Below, one piece after another: positions 53,035 through 61,975 of a stretch of DNA of 64,000 nt. Position numbers and translations under genes: made by a program. The stretch's first letter is position 1. Each line of letters starts with the position of its first letter. The notes beneath the pieces are model-generated. The model made no database searches, was not told where the DNA came from, and saw only the letters and a list, made by a program, of their open reading frames with translations. The DNA is from Desulfobacterales bacterium (GTDB lineage Bacteria > Desulfobacterota > Desulfobacteria > Desulfobacterales > UBA5852): contig CAXXVS010000001.1 of NCBI GenBank assembly GCA_963674755.2, positions 128,001 through 192,000 of the forward strand, read 5' to 3'.

Positions 53035-53499
53035 CGGTCCGTAACCGTGCTGCCGACAAGGTTAAAGCCGACGTTGCAGGCGCATCTTGAAAAGGTGCGC
53101 CGTCTTTATGATGATGATCGCCGGCGAGGCGCCAACGGCATCATGACGCCAGGGGCGCTGGAGAAGAAGTATCCGAATGCCGGCAAGGAGTGGCCCTGGT
53201 TCTGGGTTTTTCCGTTTCGAAGGGAATTGCGAGACCCGCGAAGCGGGATGTTAAGACGGCATCACATTTACCCCGGCAATTTACAAAGGGCGATAAAAGC
53301 GGCAGGGAACAGGGCCGGTATTCCAAAGCGCATAACCGTGCACACCCTGAGGCACAGTTTTGCGACCCACCTTTTGGAATCGGGCTACGACATTCGGACC
53401 ATTCAAGACTTATTGGGCCACTCGGACCTGCGTACGACAATGATCTATACGCATGTCATCAGCAAAAACAGACACGGTGTCGTGAGCCCCTTGGATTAA
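53035..53499 (+). pseudogene. intI: Integron integrase, N-terminally truncated
   Basis: IntI-specific insertion [42 protein letters not shown], terminal SPLD; similarity starts at VTVLP, box I Arg and GKG Lys region absent. Confidence 0.88.
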
Positions 53500-53666
53500 A
53501 TCTGTTTCAAGATAACACTTTATTGGAATTATCATGCAGCTTGATAATAATGATAATAAGCGCGAAAAGCTGCAATCGATGCACATAAAATTGGGCAGCA
53601 AGAATTGTAGATAATAGATAATCAATTGATAGCCTTAGAATTTATGGTATCTTTGTCGAAGGTGAT

Positions 53667-53740
53667 GAATAATTGTATCGTTTGTCTCTTAATACAATTA
53701 TTCGTTAAAAAACTGCAGCATGATAATATAATAGTTAGGC
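53667..53740 (+). other. Putative attI site
   Basis: GTTAGGC at 53734-53740 is complementary to GCCTAAC closing cassette 1 and is not preceded by an attC hairpin; upstream extent uncertain. Confidence 0.7.
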
Positions 53741-53751
53741 TCTTATAAGTC

Positions 53752-54765
53752 ATGGAATACCCACAACGAATCGACACACATATATCCGAAAGCGTTTCTT
53801 TTAATGCATTATCATCTGTATTGCCAAAGGAATGGATAGTAAGAGAATTAACTGAAAGGGATTATGGAGTTGACCTATATGTGGAATTAGTAGAAAAGAA
53901 AGGAAAAGTTACTGGTGACTTAGTCGCGTTACAAGTGAAGAGCGCTAACTCAGTACAATTTAATGACAAGGGAATTTTCACTTATGGCGGCATAAAAAAA
54001 TCAACTATTAACTATTGGCTAGGGCTTCCAGTCCCTGTTTTTCTTATAGTCGTAGATTTAAGTAATAAGCAAGTTTATTGGTCTAGTGTCGAAATAAATC
54101 AAAGAGAAGGAAAGTTTATTAAGAATAATAAAACGGCCTCACTTACCCTGACAAAAGATTCAGATTTTTCAGAAAGTGGCCTTGCTCTATTCAGAATGAC
54201 CTATATACGAGAAAAGAGATGGCCTGAAATTGAAAGTGCAATAGAAAAGTCAATTATGTCGTATAACTCTCTCGGCCCATTGGTTTTAATGTGTAAGCGA
54301 AAAGGCGATAACGAATTCTGCTCAACAAGCATTCAGTACATGCTCATTCAGCACTACGAATTCTTTACGCTCTTGTCGCGCTATTTGCTACTAAAGAAAC
54401 CGAAATATTTACCATATTGGTATGATAGGCATGTTGAATATCTTAAGAATAATAAATTAGAAGGATCTCTTACTTTTTCATACAAAGTAGTAAAGGATAT
54501 GGTTAAGTATTTTGTTTGGGATTACCGTGATTGCATAATAGCTAGTTATCAATTAGTAACCGAATCACAAAAAAGCTATTTTAGTAATAAACTCCCATAT
54601 TTATATATGCATCTTCAGCATCGACCGCACACCTTTGTTATGGATGATTGGGCGGCAAGATATTATTTTGACGAATATGAAAATGAAACGACAAACCCAG
54701 AACAGCTATTTTTCCAGGATTTTGAAGAATTCGACTGGATATTAAGTGATTTAACAAAAACATGA
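53752..54765 (+). CDS. Cassette 1: DUF4365 (PD-(D/E)XK-like) domain protein
   Basis: WIVRE..ERDYGVDLYVE...ALQVKS...TINYW....VPVFL. Confidence 0.8.
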   Translation: MEYPQRIDTHISESVSFNALSSVLPKEWIVRELTERDYGVDLYVELVEKKGKVTGDLVALQVKSANSVQFNDKGIFTYGGIKKSTINYWLGLPVPVFLIVVDLSNKQVYWSSVEINQREGKFIKNNKTASLTLTKDSDFSESGLALFRMTYIREKRWPEIESAIEKSIMSYNSLGPLVLMCKRKGDNEFCSTSIQYMLIQHYEFFTLLSRYLLLKKPKYLPYWYDRHVEYLKNNKLEGSLTFSYKVVKDMVKYFVWDYRDCIIASYQLVTESQKSYFSNKLPYLYMHLQHRPHTFVMDDWAARYYFDEYENETTNPEQLFFQDFEEFDWILSDLTKT

Positions 54766-54862
54766 GCCTAACAAATAGCTCCAGCGGACAATTTAAAGCG
54801 TCACTTGTTCTGCATTCGCAAAAACGTGCCACTTTAAATTGCCGCTGAGCAAGGCGTTATGT
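54766..54862 (+). other. attC 1
   Basis: GCCTAAC ... GCTCCAGCGG/CCGCTGAGC ... GTTATGT. Confidence 0.92.
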
Positions 54863-54881
54863 GAAAAATTAGAGGTCACTC

Positions 54882-55508
54882 ATGGCAGATATAGAGAAAC
54901 CATCGATGCTGGAAAAAATTTCCGGAAATTTAGGTACAGAAAGTGCCTTAACAGCCATTAGTGCACTTGCAGCATTTCCTCTCGCTCCCCTTTTGCCAGT
55001 ATTATCCAATTCACTTGCAAATAGACGCCACAAAGCAAGAGTAGAAAAAGCTCTTTATGAAATAAATGAGATATTAGAACAACACGAAAAAAAATTACAG
55101 AATTTGACTGATTCTCAGTTTAAAATCATAAATGAAGTAATACTAACAATACTTCAAACAACAGAAGATTTAAAAATCGAATACCTCAAAAATGCTATAC
55201 GGTCCAATGTTGAGAGTGAAAAAGTTGATATTTCCTATTCATCGCAGATATCTAGAATCCTCCGCGATATTTCGGCTGATGAACTTCGATTTTTAGTTGA
55301 AAATGCTCAGTATTCAACAATTGTATTTGATCTTGATAACGTTGGCAAAAACGAATTGAAAGTTGAGTCAGACTCTACCCAAGGAGCTTTAGTAGTCGGC
55401 TTGATCTCGATGGGAATAATCGTATGGGCAAGTTCATCATGGGATAGCATCGGGCGCTATAAATTTTCACCAATAGTTGAAAAACTTATCAATGCAATTG
55501 GCACATAA
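54882..55508 (+). CDS. Cassette 2: hypothetical protein
   Basis: 208 aa ORF, RBS GAGG, stop inside ACATAAC. Confidence 0.8.
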   Translation: MADIEKPSMLEKISGNLGTESALTAISALAAFPLAPLLPVLSNSLANRRHKARVEKALYEINEILEQHEKKLQNLTDSQFKIINEVILTILQTTEDLKIEYLKNAIRSNVESEKVDISYSSQISRILRDISADELRFLVENAQYSTIVFDLDNVGKNELKVESDSTQGALVVGLISMGIIVWASSSWDSIGRYKFSPIVEKLINAIGT

Positions 55509-55575
55509 CCTTTTGCTGGAGTATACGACGCGAAAACGCTATCGCGTTTTGCGCGTCTCAGCTCAACCGTTGCAG
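55503..55575 (+). other. attC 2
   Basis: ACATAAC ... GACGCGAAAACGC/GCGTTTTGCGCGTC ... GTTGCAG. Confidence 0.88.
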
Positions 55576-55591
55576 CAAAAAGAGGGCTTTT

Positions 55592-56995
55592 ATGTCAGAT
55601 AAGTTGGGTGAAAAACATCAGTTTACTATTATTCCGGGACAACCTATTGAAGCGCCAATAATGATTGAACCTCAAGACGCGGTCCCAACTGAGCAAGAAC
55701 CTATTTTGAAAAAAGTTGGTTCCACCGTCAAAGCCTATTTGAAGGCAGCTGAAGAATTATTATCGGGAAAGTACGCTCAGATTAAAGATTATACCCCGCA
55801 GCATTTAAAAGATCCGGGCTTTGTCATTGTAATATGCTGCAATGATGGCGTAATTATAAGGTATGATAAAAAAGTTGAAGCTAAAGGAATCGGTGTTGGG
55901 TGGAATGATGAAAACTTAGGCAATTTGGCGCCATTAATTTCTGAAAATGTAGTATATTGCCATTACCCAAACCAAGACGAGTGCTTTAAACCGAAATTTG
56001 GCCCGCAAATTACATTATCTGTGACTAATGGCAAAACAGGCACATCCCAATTGTTGTCCACTGTAAAAATTGGTTTCAACATCGCCATAAAAGAATCATT
56101 TGGAAAATTACCAAAGCCACCAGAGAAGCCATACTGTCTACTGTCTGTTCAAAATTCACTCGAATTGAATATTATTGGTGAATTGGTACAAGATGAAGGA
56201 AGTCTTAAAGCTGGGCAACGCTTTTTAACTCGAACGTTAATGAGATTACCAGTAGGGTGGGAATGTATTGAAGTTTTCCCATTTCAAGATTTTAATCATT
56301 GGGATCCCCAAAACGCAGAAATTTGGGCAGAAAGAGACATTTTGGCTTCTGTTTTAAGATATCAAATGCGGGAGTCAAAATTAAATAACCTTGATCCTAA
56401 TGCTGCAGCGAGGAAACAGTTCGGAGTTCTCTTAGACTCTTATAAAAGATTGCTTGATTCTGATCCTGATAAGGAAGAGCAATTACAATCATTTTTAACC
56501 GTAAATCCTATTCTTTTATTCCCCGCCTATGTAAAAATGTGGCCTAAACTACCCATAGGTGCAAACGTAACAGATTTTGTTTTTAAAGATGCGACAGGAG
56601 ACTATCTGTTAGTTGAGCTTGAGAAGTCTACAGATAAAGTGTTTTTGAAAAATGGGCATACATCTGCGAAGCTCAATCATGCTCACGGGCAAATATTGGA
56701 TTGGAAAAGATACATAGAGGACAATCTATCGACCGTACAGCGTGAATTAGGTTTAGAAGGAATTTCGTCTAACCCGAAATCTATTATAGTTATTGGGCGC
56801 ACCAAAACATTGACAAATGATAACAGGAGAAAGCTGATTTCATTTGAAAATAATTGTCCGAAATTAAAGATAATGACCTACGATGATATTTTGGAAAATG
56901 CAAAGGCTATAATAGAGAATTTGCTTGGACCCTTTTGGTCTGAGTCAGGTGCTACAGAAATATATTATATGCCTCAAAAGCTATTATCTATGTAA
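55592..56995 (+). CDS. Cassette 3: Shedu (SduA/DUF4263)-type nuclease with unrecognised N-terminal region
   Basis: EEQLQSFL..NP.LL, TDFV, LVELEK, A.GQI.DW, IIVIGR, IMTYDDIL. Confidence 0.8.
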   Translation: MSDKLGEKHQFTIIPGQPIEAPIMIEPQDAVPTEQEPILKKVGSTVKAYLKAAEELLSGKYAQIKDYTPQHLKDPGFVIVICCNDGVIIRYDKKVEAKGIGVGWNDENLGNLAPLISENVVYCHYPNQDECFKPKFGPQITLSVTNGKTGTSQLLSTVKIGFNIAIKESFGKLPKPPEKPYCLLSVQNSLELNIIGELVQDEGSLKAGQRFLTRTLMRLPVGWECIEVFPFQDFNHWDPQNAEIWAERDILASVLRYQMRESKLNNLDPNAAARKQFGVLLDSYKRLLDSDPDKEEQLQSFLTVNPILLFPAYVKMWPKLPIGANVTDFVFKDATGDYLLVELEKSTDKVFLKNGHTSAKLNHAHGQILDWKRYIEDNLSTVQRELGLEGISSNPKSIIVIGRTKTLTNDNRRKLISFENNCPKLKIMTYDDILENAKAIIENLLGPFWSESGATEIYYMPQKLLSM

Positions 56996-57001
56996 AAGTG
57001 C

Positions 57002-57059
57002 TTCTAACTATCGGCTGTTGACAGACTCGCTTTGCTCGCCGCAAAGCTGCACGTTATCG
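57002..57059 (+). other. attC 3 (short, imperfect)
   Basis: TTCTAAC ... GTTATCG; weak internal pairing. Confidence 0.7.
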
Positions 57060-57080
57060 CGATCTGAGGCAAAGAGATAT

Positions 57081-57566
57081 ATGAACAATATCAAACAAAC
57101 ATTAGAATCATTTCTAACGAGTGAGGAATATACCAACACCTCAATACACTATGATATTAATGCTATTAAAATTAGATTACACCAAAATCAGAGTGAAAAT
57201 AGGTATATCTATTTCTACATTTATCATCCTTGGAGAATATCCTTAAATCAAAAAATTCTAAATTCATCAGGAGATTGTCCTTATAAAGAGGATAATGAAT
57301 CTCAGAAAGATCATGAAATAAAATTTATACTCTATTGTAAAAAAACTAAATTCTTAGAACGATTTCCTATAAAAAAAATTGCAATTGACAGTATATCGAA
57401 TGATCTTTCAATTGTTTGGGAAAATGGTGCCATACTTGAATCATCTTCGCTTTCATCAGAAAATTGGTCATACCATATTTATGATTATATAAATGGTGTA
57501 ATGTACGATGTGTACTACAATAGGATAGAAAAAGACACCTTCGATGTTAGCGATAGAACCAATTGA
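57081..57566 (+). CDS. Cassette 4: hypothetical protein
   Basis: ATG 57081 is the first start after attC 3. Confidence 0.75.
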   Translation: MNNIKQTLESFLTSEEYTNTSIHYDINAIKIRLHQNQSENRYIYFYIYHPWRISLNQKILNSSGDCPYKEDNESQKDHEIKFILYCKKTKFLERFPIKKIAIDSISNDLSIVWENGAILESSSLSSENWSYHIYDYINGVMYDVYYNRIEKDTFDVSDRTN

Positions 57567-57583
57567 ACAAAAGAGACAAAAAG

Positions 57584-57655
57584 CGATAACAAATCGCTGG
57601 AGAATCGACGGGTAAACGCTGGCGCGTTTCCCGCGTCTCATCTCCACCGTTATAC
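57584..57655 (+). other. attC 4
   Basis: CGATAAC (complement of upstream GTTATCG) ... GTTATAC. Confidence 0.9.
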
Positions 57656-57663
57656 CGAGGTAC

Positions 57664-58167
57664 ATGATGTGGATTTGGGTGGTTCCTATTGCCATGCTTT
57701 TGGTTTTACTAAAGTGGTGGCTTCGCAGGCCTATTCTACACCGTGCTGCCTCAGATCAGTTCGAGCGCTATATTGATGGTTTAAATATTCAGGCTGCCTC
57801 CGGTAGCAAACTGTTGATTGATGATTCTACATGCAGCTATGGTATTTGGATTCTTATTCGTCGGTCAAGATATAAAAGTCCAACATTATTTTTCGAATTA
57901 CCAACTTTTCATTGGCCTCAAGAAACGACGGAATCCCTTAAAAGAATGTGCGAAAAATGGAATCTCGAATTTACTTCTAAACCCCAAAAGTCATCCAACT
58001 CTGAAAAATATTTCTCAGTCCGAATACCTAATGGCAGCCCAGTGCGCGCAGCGGAGTTAGCGAGATGCGCTTTTCGTTCTGTCGGTGGATCAAATGATTC
58101 AATATATAGACTAAGGTATGAAGGGGACCTTGATTTCGAGGCTATTAAAAAAGCTTATAAAAATTAG
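57664..58167 (+). CDS. Cassette 5: hypothetical membrane-anchored protein
   Basis: N-terminal TM helix; fills the cassette. Confidence 0.75.
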   Translation: MMWIWVVPIAMLLVLLKWWLRRPILHRAASDQFERYIDGLNIQAASGSKLLIDDSTCSYGIWILIRRSRYKSPTLFFELPTFHWPQETTESLKRMCEKWNLEFTSKPQKSSNSEKYFSVRIPNGSPVRAAELARCAFRSVGGSNDSIYRLRYEGDLDFEAIKKAYKN

Positions 58168-58172
58168 GGCAA

Positions 58173-58236
58173 GTATAACCTGGCGCTTGAGAAATCGACG
58201 CGCAAAATCCCGCGCGTCTCAGCTTTGGCGTTAGCC
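58173..58236 (+). other. attC 5
   Basis: GTATAAC ... GACGCGC/GCGCGTC ... GTTAGCC. Confidence 0.9.
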
Positions 58237-58265
58237 TAAAGCATGATGAGAGCTTATCAGAAATT

Positions 58266-58784
58266 ATGTGTTATTTTATAACTATTTCAATTCCAAAAAC
58301 CGGAATAAAATATGCTCAAGAAAAGATACCACGCGAAATCCATTTGAGTGAAACTTCAAATCCATCTCTTGAGAAATTTTTGCCAAAAGACTATGTGAAC
58401 TATCTGGTCATTACAGGTGGGTGCTCATGTGATCTATTTAATGAAGATGATCTTGAAGCTAATAAAGAAGACATAATTAATAAATTAACTCACAAATATA
58501 AAAAGAAGGGTTGGTCTGAAAATAAAATAAAAAAAGCAGTCTCACAATCTATTTCCAATTCAAACACCGGTGGCAATTCCGGTTTGCGTGATGACTTAAA
58601 ATTCTTTCTTTCTGATATTGCATTGCAATTAAAAGAAATAAGAATAATAGTTCATTGGTATGGTGGTGGTGCTGTTGATCAAGAGAAAATTAAAACTAAT
58701 GAAGGTCCTACAATATCACCCTACGAATTGAGGACACAAAATATAATAAAAGAAACAGATACAATCTATAAAATCAAAGGCTAA
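58266..58784 (+). CDS. Cassette 6: hypothetical protein
   Basis: 172 aa; MCYF..GGCSCD..VHWY; stop inside GGCTAAC. Confidence 0.78.
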   Translation: MCYFITISIPKTGIKYAQEKIPREIHLSETSNPSLEKFLPKDYVNYLVITGGCSCDLFNEDDLEANKEDIINKLTHKYKKKGWSENKIKKAVSQSISNSNTGGNSGLRDDLKFFLSDIALQLKEIRIIVHWYGGGAVDQEKIKTNEGPTISPYELRTQNIIKETDTIYKIKG

Positions 58785-58846
58785 CAAAATGATCTACCCG
58801 ACTGGGCGATAAAACGCCGCCCAGCCGGTAAGCATCGGCGTTATGT
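58779..58846 (+). other. attC 6
   Basis: GGCTAAC ... CTGGGCG/CGCCCAG ... GTTATGT. Confidence 0.9.
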
Positions 58847-58852
58847 ATTGAT

Positions 58853-59281
58853 ATGGATGAACCCAGAATTTTTAAACTAACATGGCACTATACTGCCGTT
58901 ATATTTCCTTTGATCTTATTGGTTGCGACTATAGGTAGTGTTGAATCAATAGATCATTACACAAACAAGACCCTATATTTTGGGCCAAGAGAAATTGGGA
59001 CTCTTTTATTTACTATCTATTTATGGTTAAAATGTCTATCAGTTTCATTTGAAGTAAGGGTGAAGGAAAATGGCGAGATTACTGCCCGAAGTATGCTTCG
59101 TAAAAAGAGATTGCCAATTTCAGAAGTATATAAAGTTAGACATGGATTTTTATGTTCCAAAATTTACTTTAAAAATGGATCTTTCCAAATAACCAATTTG
59201 ATGAATAATTATTCCCAACTAATATCGATCATATTATCACATAATTCAAATCTAATAGTCGAATATGTAACCAGAAAATGA
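58853..59281 (+). CDS. Cassette 7: hypothetical membrane protein (2 TM plus possible bacterial PH-like domain)
   Basis: Two hydrophobic helices followed by beta-rich region. Confidence 0.7.
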   Translation: MDEPRIFKLTWHYTAVIFPLILLVATIGSVESIDHYTNKTLYFGPREIGTLLFTIYLWLKCLSVSFEVRVKENGEITARSMLRKKRLPISEVYKVRHGFLCSKIYFKNGSFQITNLMNNYSQLISIILSHNSNLIVEYVTRK

Positions 59282-59295
59282 CTATTGACTGAAAT

Positions 59296-59368
59296 ACATA
59301 ACCTGTCGCTTGAGAAATCGACGCAAAAACGCTGGCGCGTTTTGCGCGTCTCAGCTTGGGCGTTAAAA
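59296..59368 (+). other. attC 7
   Basis: ACATAAC ... GTTAAAA; same sequence family as attC 2, 4, 5. Confidence 0.92.
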
Positions 59369-59372
59369 CTCT

Positions 59373-59771
59373 ATGAGTATGAAAAGTATCATTCATATCG
59401 TATTGGATAAAAAGGTTGTACTATATATTTTTCTGACTGTTCATTTGTTAGGTGTGATCTGGCTGTTGGTTACTGGTGGAAATCCAGATAATGAAAATAT
59501 TCCATATAAGAAACTGCTATTATTGAAATCTGTTTCGTTCCTAACTTATCTATTGCTCGTATACTTAACACTTAAGAATATAAAATTGGTAACTTGGCTA
59601 ATGACCGCGGTACTCCTATTGACTGGCGTAGGGTCTACAATTTTAGGGATCTTTCGAATCGATTGGGAACAATATGTTGTTAAACCATATTTTGTAATAA
59701 TGGGATTATACTTTATTTTTGGTAGTATTGCTCTATTACGTAAGCCAGTAATAAAGGAAGGGCGGTTTTAA
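59373..59771 (+). CDS. Cassette 8: hypothetical 4-TM membrane protein
   Basis: Four hydrophobic segments; stop inside TTTTAAC. Confidence 0.75.
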   Translation: MSMKSIIHIVLDKKVVLYIFLTVHLLGVIWLLVTGGNPDNENIPYKKLLLLKSVSFLTYLLLVYLTLKNIKLVTWLMTAVLLLTGVGSTILGIFRIDWEQYVVKPYFVIMGLYFIFGSIALLRKPVIKEGRF

Positions 59772-59835
59772 CATCGCTCTTCAGCTGACCCGAGGGCCTC
59801 GCGGCCCCCGGGTCAGCTGAGAGCGGGCGTTCTAC
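59766..59835 (+). other. attC 8
   Basis: TTTTAAC ... TCAGCTGACCCG/CGGGTCAGCTGA ... GTTCTAC. Confidence 0.92.
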
Positions 59836-59857
59836 GAGTTACAAGGAAAGGAAACGA

Positions 59858-60442
59858 ATGATAAATGTCCTTTTATTATTGGCCCAAGGCTTTGAAGAAT
59901 ATGAAGCCAGTGTATTTACAGACGTGCTTGGATGGAGCAGAGATATCGGAGACATTCCAGTAAACGTTACAACCGCGGCACGAAGAGCGCAAATTAAGTG
60001 CACTTGGAATTTCACGGTTACCCCAGAAGCTCAGTTGGATGAAATATCGGTTGATTCTTATGATGCACTGGCTATCCCCGGTGGTTTTGAAGAGGCTGGA
60101 TTCTACCAGGACGCCTATCATGAAGATTTCTTGCGAATCATTCGTCGATTTCATAAATCGGGCAAAATCATAGCATCAGTATGCGTTGGGGCGTTGCCTC
60201 TGGCTAAAAGTGGAATTTTGAAAAATAAAAAAGCAACAACGTATCATTTGTCGGATGGCAAACGAAGGAAGCAACTTGAAAGCTATGGAGCGAATGTGCA
60301 AGATCAGCGCATCGTTGTTGATGACAATATTATAACCTCAACCTCCCCCGCTACTGCCCTTGATGTTGCTTTTACTCTATTGAGAATGTTGACGTCTCCA
60401 GAAAATGAGGCAAAAGTAAAGGTGGGGATGGGATTCTTATAA
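59858..60442 (+). CDS. Cassette 9: DJ-1/PfpI family protein
   Basis: GFEEYE, AIPGGF, SVCVGA, ATTY. Confidence 0.9.
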   Translation: MINVLLLLAQGFEEYEASVFTDVLGWSRDIGDIPVNVTTAARRAQIKCTWNFTVTPEAQLDEISVDSYDALAIPGGFEEAGFYQDAYHEDFLRIIRRFHKSGKIIASVCVGALPLAKSGILKNKKATTYHLSDGKRRKQLESYGANVQDQRIVVDDNIITSTSPATALDVAFTLLRMLTSPENEAKVKVGMGFL

Positions 60443-60453
60443 AACGCAGTAAC

Positions 60454-60514
60454 GTAGAACAATCTCTTCCAGCGGAGCGCAAAAAAACCGCGCCCGCTGA
60501 AGAGCACGTTAGCA
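60454..60514 (+). other. attC 9
   Basis: GTAGAAC ... CTCTTCCAGCGG/CCGCTGAAGAG ... GTTAGCA. Confidence 0.92.
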
Positions 60515-60523
60515 GTAAAAATT

Positions 60524-60877
60524 ATGAATAAATTTTCGAAAATTATAGATGCTCACGGTACTCGAAATACCGGAGACAACCTGTTAGGATTTGAAATTGA
60601 TATGGAACACTATTTAGATGATAGTGACTTGTTCAAATCTGTATCAATAAACCGACCGGACTCCAATGAGTGTATGCTCCAAGCAATCTGTAAGGTAAAA
60701 TCAAATATTGAAATAGAAGATCTAAAAAAACAAATTGAAATGATTTGGCTAAACTATTTGAGGTACTCAGAGTTTGAAGATCATGAAATTATTGCTGATG
60801 AAAAGGTTATCAAGTTAAGTTTTGTTACAATTGCCTCTGGATTAGGGGTTATTGGAGAAATTCTTTGTGAGTACTAA
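60524..60877 (+). CDS. Cassette 10: hypothetical protein
   Basis: 117 aa ORF filling the cassette. Confidence 0.75.
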   Translation: MNKFSKIIDAHGTRNTGDNLLGFEIDMEHYLDDSDLFKSVSINRPDSNECMLQAICKVKSNIEIEDLKKQIEMIWLNYLRYSEFEDHEIIADEKVIKLSFVTIASGLGVIGEILCEY

Positions 60878-60880
60878 TAC

Positions 60881-60967
60881 TGCTAACCCATCACTGGACG
60901 AGACCGCGAGAAGCTCAGTCGCTTTTTTCAAGGGCTGTGGCGCGGCCCATCAGTTCAAACGTTAGGC
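60881..60967 (+). other. attC 10
   Basis: TGCTAAC ... CCGCG/CGCGG ... GTTAGGC. Confidence 0.85.
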
Positions 60968-60985
60968 ATAGGAATACCTCTGGAT

Positions 60986-61363
60986 ATGAAAAAATCAGCG
61001 CGATCCCCGGAATTCAGGTATTACTTCTTTACCTCGAAGTATTATGAGACAGTCGCCTTCTACAGGGATGTGTTGAAGCTTAAGGTCGAGCGCTCTTGGG
61101 ATCGCTCGGACCAAGAGCGCGGCACTGTATTTGTCTCTCCGAACGGCGTCGGTTTTATTGAGGTTGAACAGGGAGATGAACTTCCTCGGATTCGTGGAGG
61201 TTTCTATATCGAAGTTGATGATATCAATGGCTGGTATGAGCGGGCGCTTGCCTCGGGAGCCAAGGTCAAAAAGAGACTTGGTGTCACTGACTACGGACAT
61301 CTCAATTTCAAAATTCTTGACCCCAGCGGGGTCGAGGTTGGCTTTTTTCAATGCGTCACATAA
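60986..61363 (+). CDS. Cassette 11: VOC/glyoxalase family protein
   Basis: AFYRDVLKL, YIEVDDI..WYERA, YG...F..LDPSG. Confidence 0.88.
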   Translation: MKKSARSPEFRYYFFTSKYYETVAFYRDVLKLKVERSWDRSDQERGTVFVSPNGVGFIEVEQGDELPRIRGGFYIEVDDINGWYERALASGAKVKKRLGVTDYGHLNFKILDPSGVEVGFFQCVT

Positions 61364-61410
61364 GTTTAGGTGCCCCGATACGTGATTCGCAAAGTCATCG
61401 TATTCGAAGT

Positions 61411-61482
61411 CCCACACAATACGCTGCACCCGACCGCCCACCTGCTTCGCAGTCGGTCGGCGGCTGAGCTTTGGCGTTCTGC
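61411..61482 (+). other. attC 11 (degenerate inverse core)
   Basis: CCCACAC where GCCTAAC is expected; CCGACCG/CGGTCGG stem; GTTCTGC. Confidence 0.7.
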
Positions 61483-61496
61483 GTACGAATATTTAT

Positions 61497-61835
61497 ATGA
61501 AAATAATCTTTAAGGCTGAAAAAGTAGATTACAGTGAAGCCCTTGATGGAGATTTAATTCAGGTCACATTTGAACAAAGAGACTCCGAAGACTATATAAA
61601 TGATCCTCCAATTTATGTGTCAATATCAGTTCTCTATGAATTTCCACCCTATGAGCCAAGCATAGAATGGTATGACGGCTCTGAATTTAATGGTGGGATA
61701 GAAATTGAAAGTTACGAACTAAAAAATGGTTATTTTGAAATTAATTTAGAAAATGGTGATTCCTTTGAAATCGACTTTGAAGTTGATAAAACCACTTTCA
61801 AAAATATTGAGTCTTTTTTGTCAGATATTCTTTAA
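61497..61835 (+). CDS. Cassette 12: small acidic hypothetical protein
   Basis: 112 aa, strongly acidic, beta-rich. Confidence 0.72.
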   Translation: MKIIFKAEKVDYSEALDGDLIQVTFEQRDSEDYINDPPIYVSISVLYEFPPYEPSIEWYDGSEFNGGIEIESYELKNGYFEINLENGDSFEIDFEVDKTTFKNIESFLSDIL

Positions 61836-61847
61836 ATGAGTGAAATC

Positions 61848-61972
61848 AGAGAACCTGTCATTTCGCTGGTACTTGCTTACAGCGTCGCTTTTTGGAGGTT
61901 GCTGTTGTATAAAATTTTTTTGAATTCACATCTGTCGCTATCACCCACCAGCCCGTGAATTCATCGTTAACA
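61848..61972 (+). other. attC 12 (long, imperfect)
   Basis: AGAGAAC ... GCTGGT/ACCAGC ... GTTAACA. Confidence 0.7.
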
Positions 61973-61975
61973 CTT

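Noticed and set aside
56925..57080. 5' extensions of cassette ORFs (also 61955-61975)
   Set aside because: They run through attC sites; downstream ATGs fit the cassette boundaries
59858..60442. Cassette DJ-1 as a copy of the chromosomal DJ-1 gene at 19276
   Set aside because: Proteins share only family motifs and differ strongly in base composition
54766..61972. Recurring palindromes as a CRISPR array
   Set aside because: Repeats are non-identical and separated by whole genes; they fit attC; no cas genes
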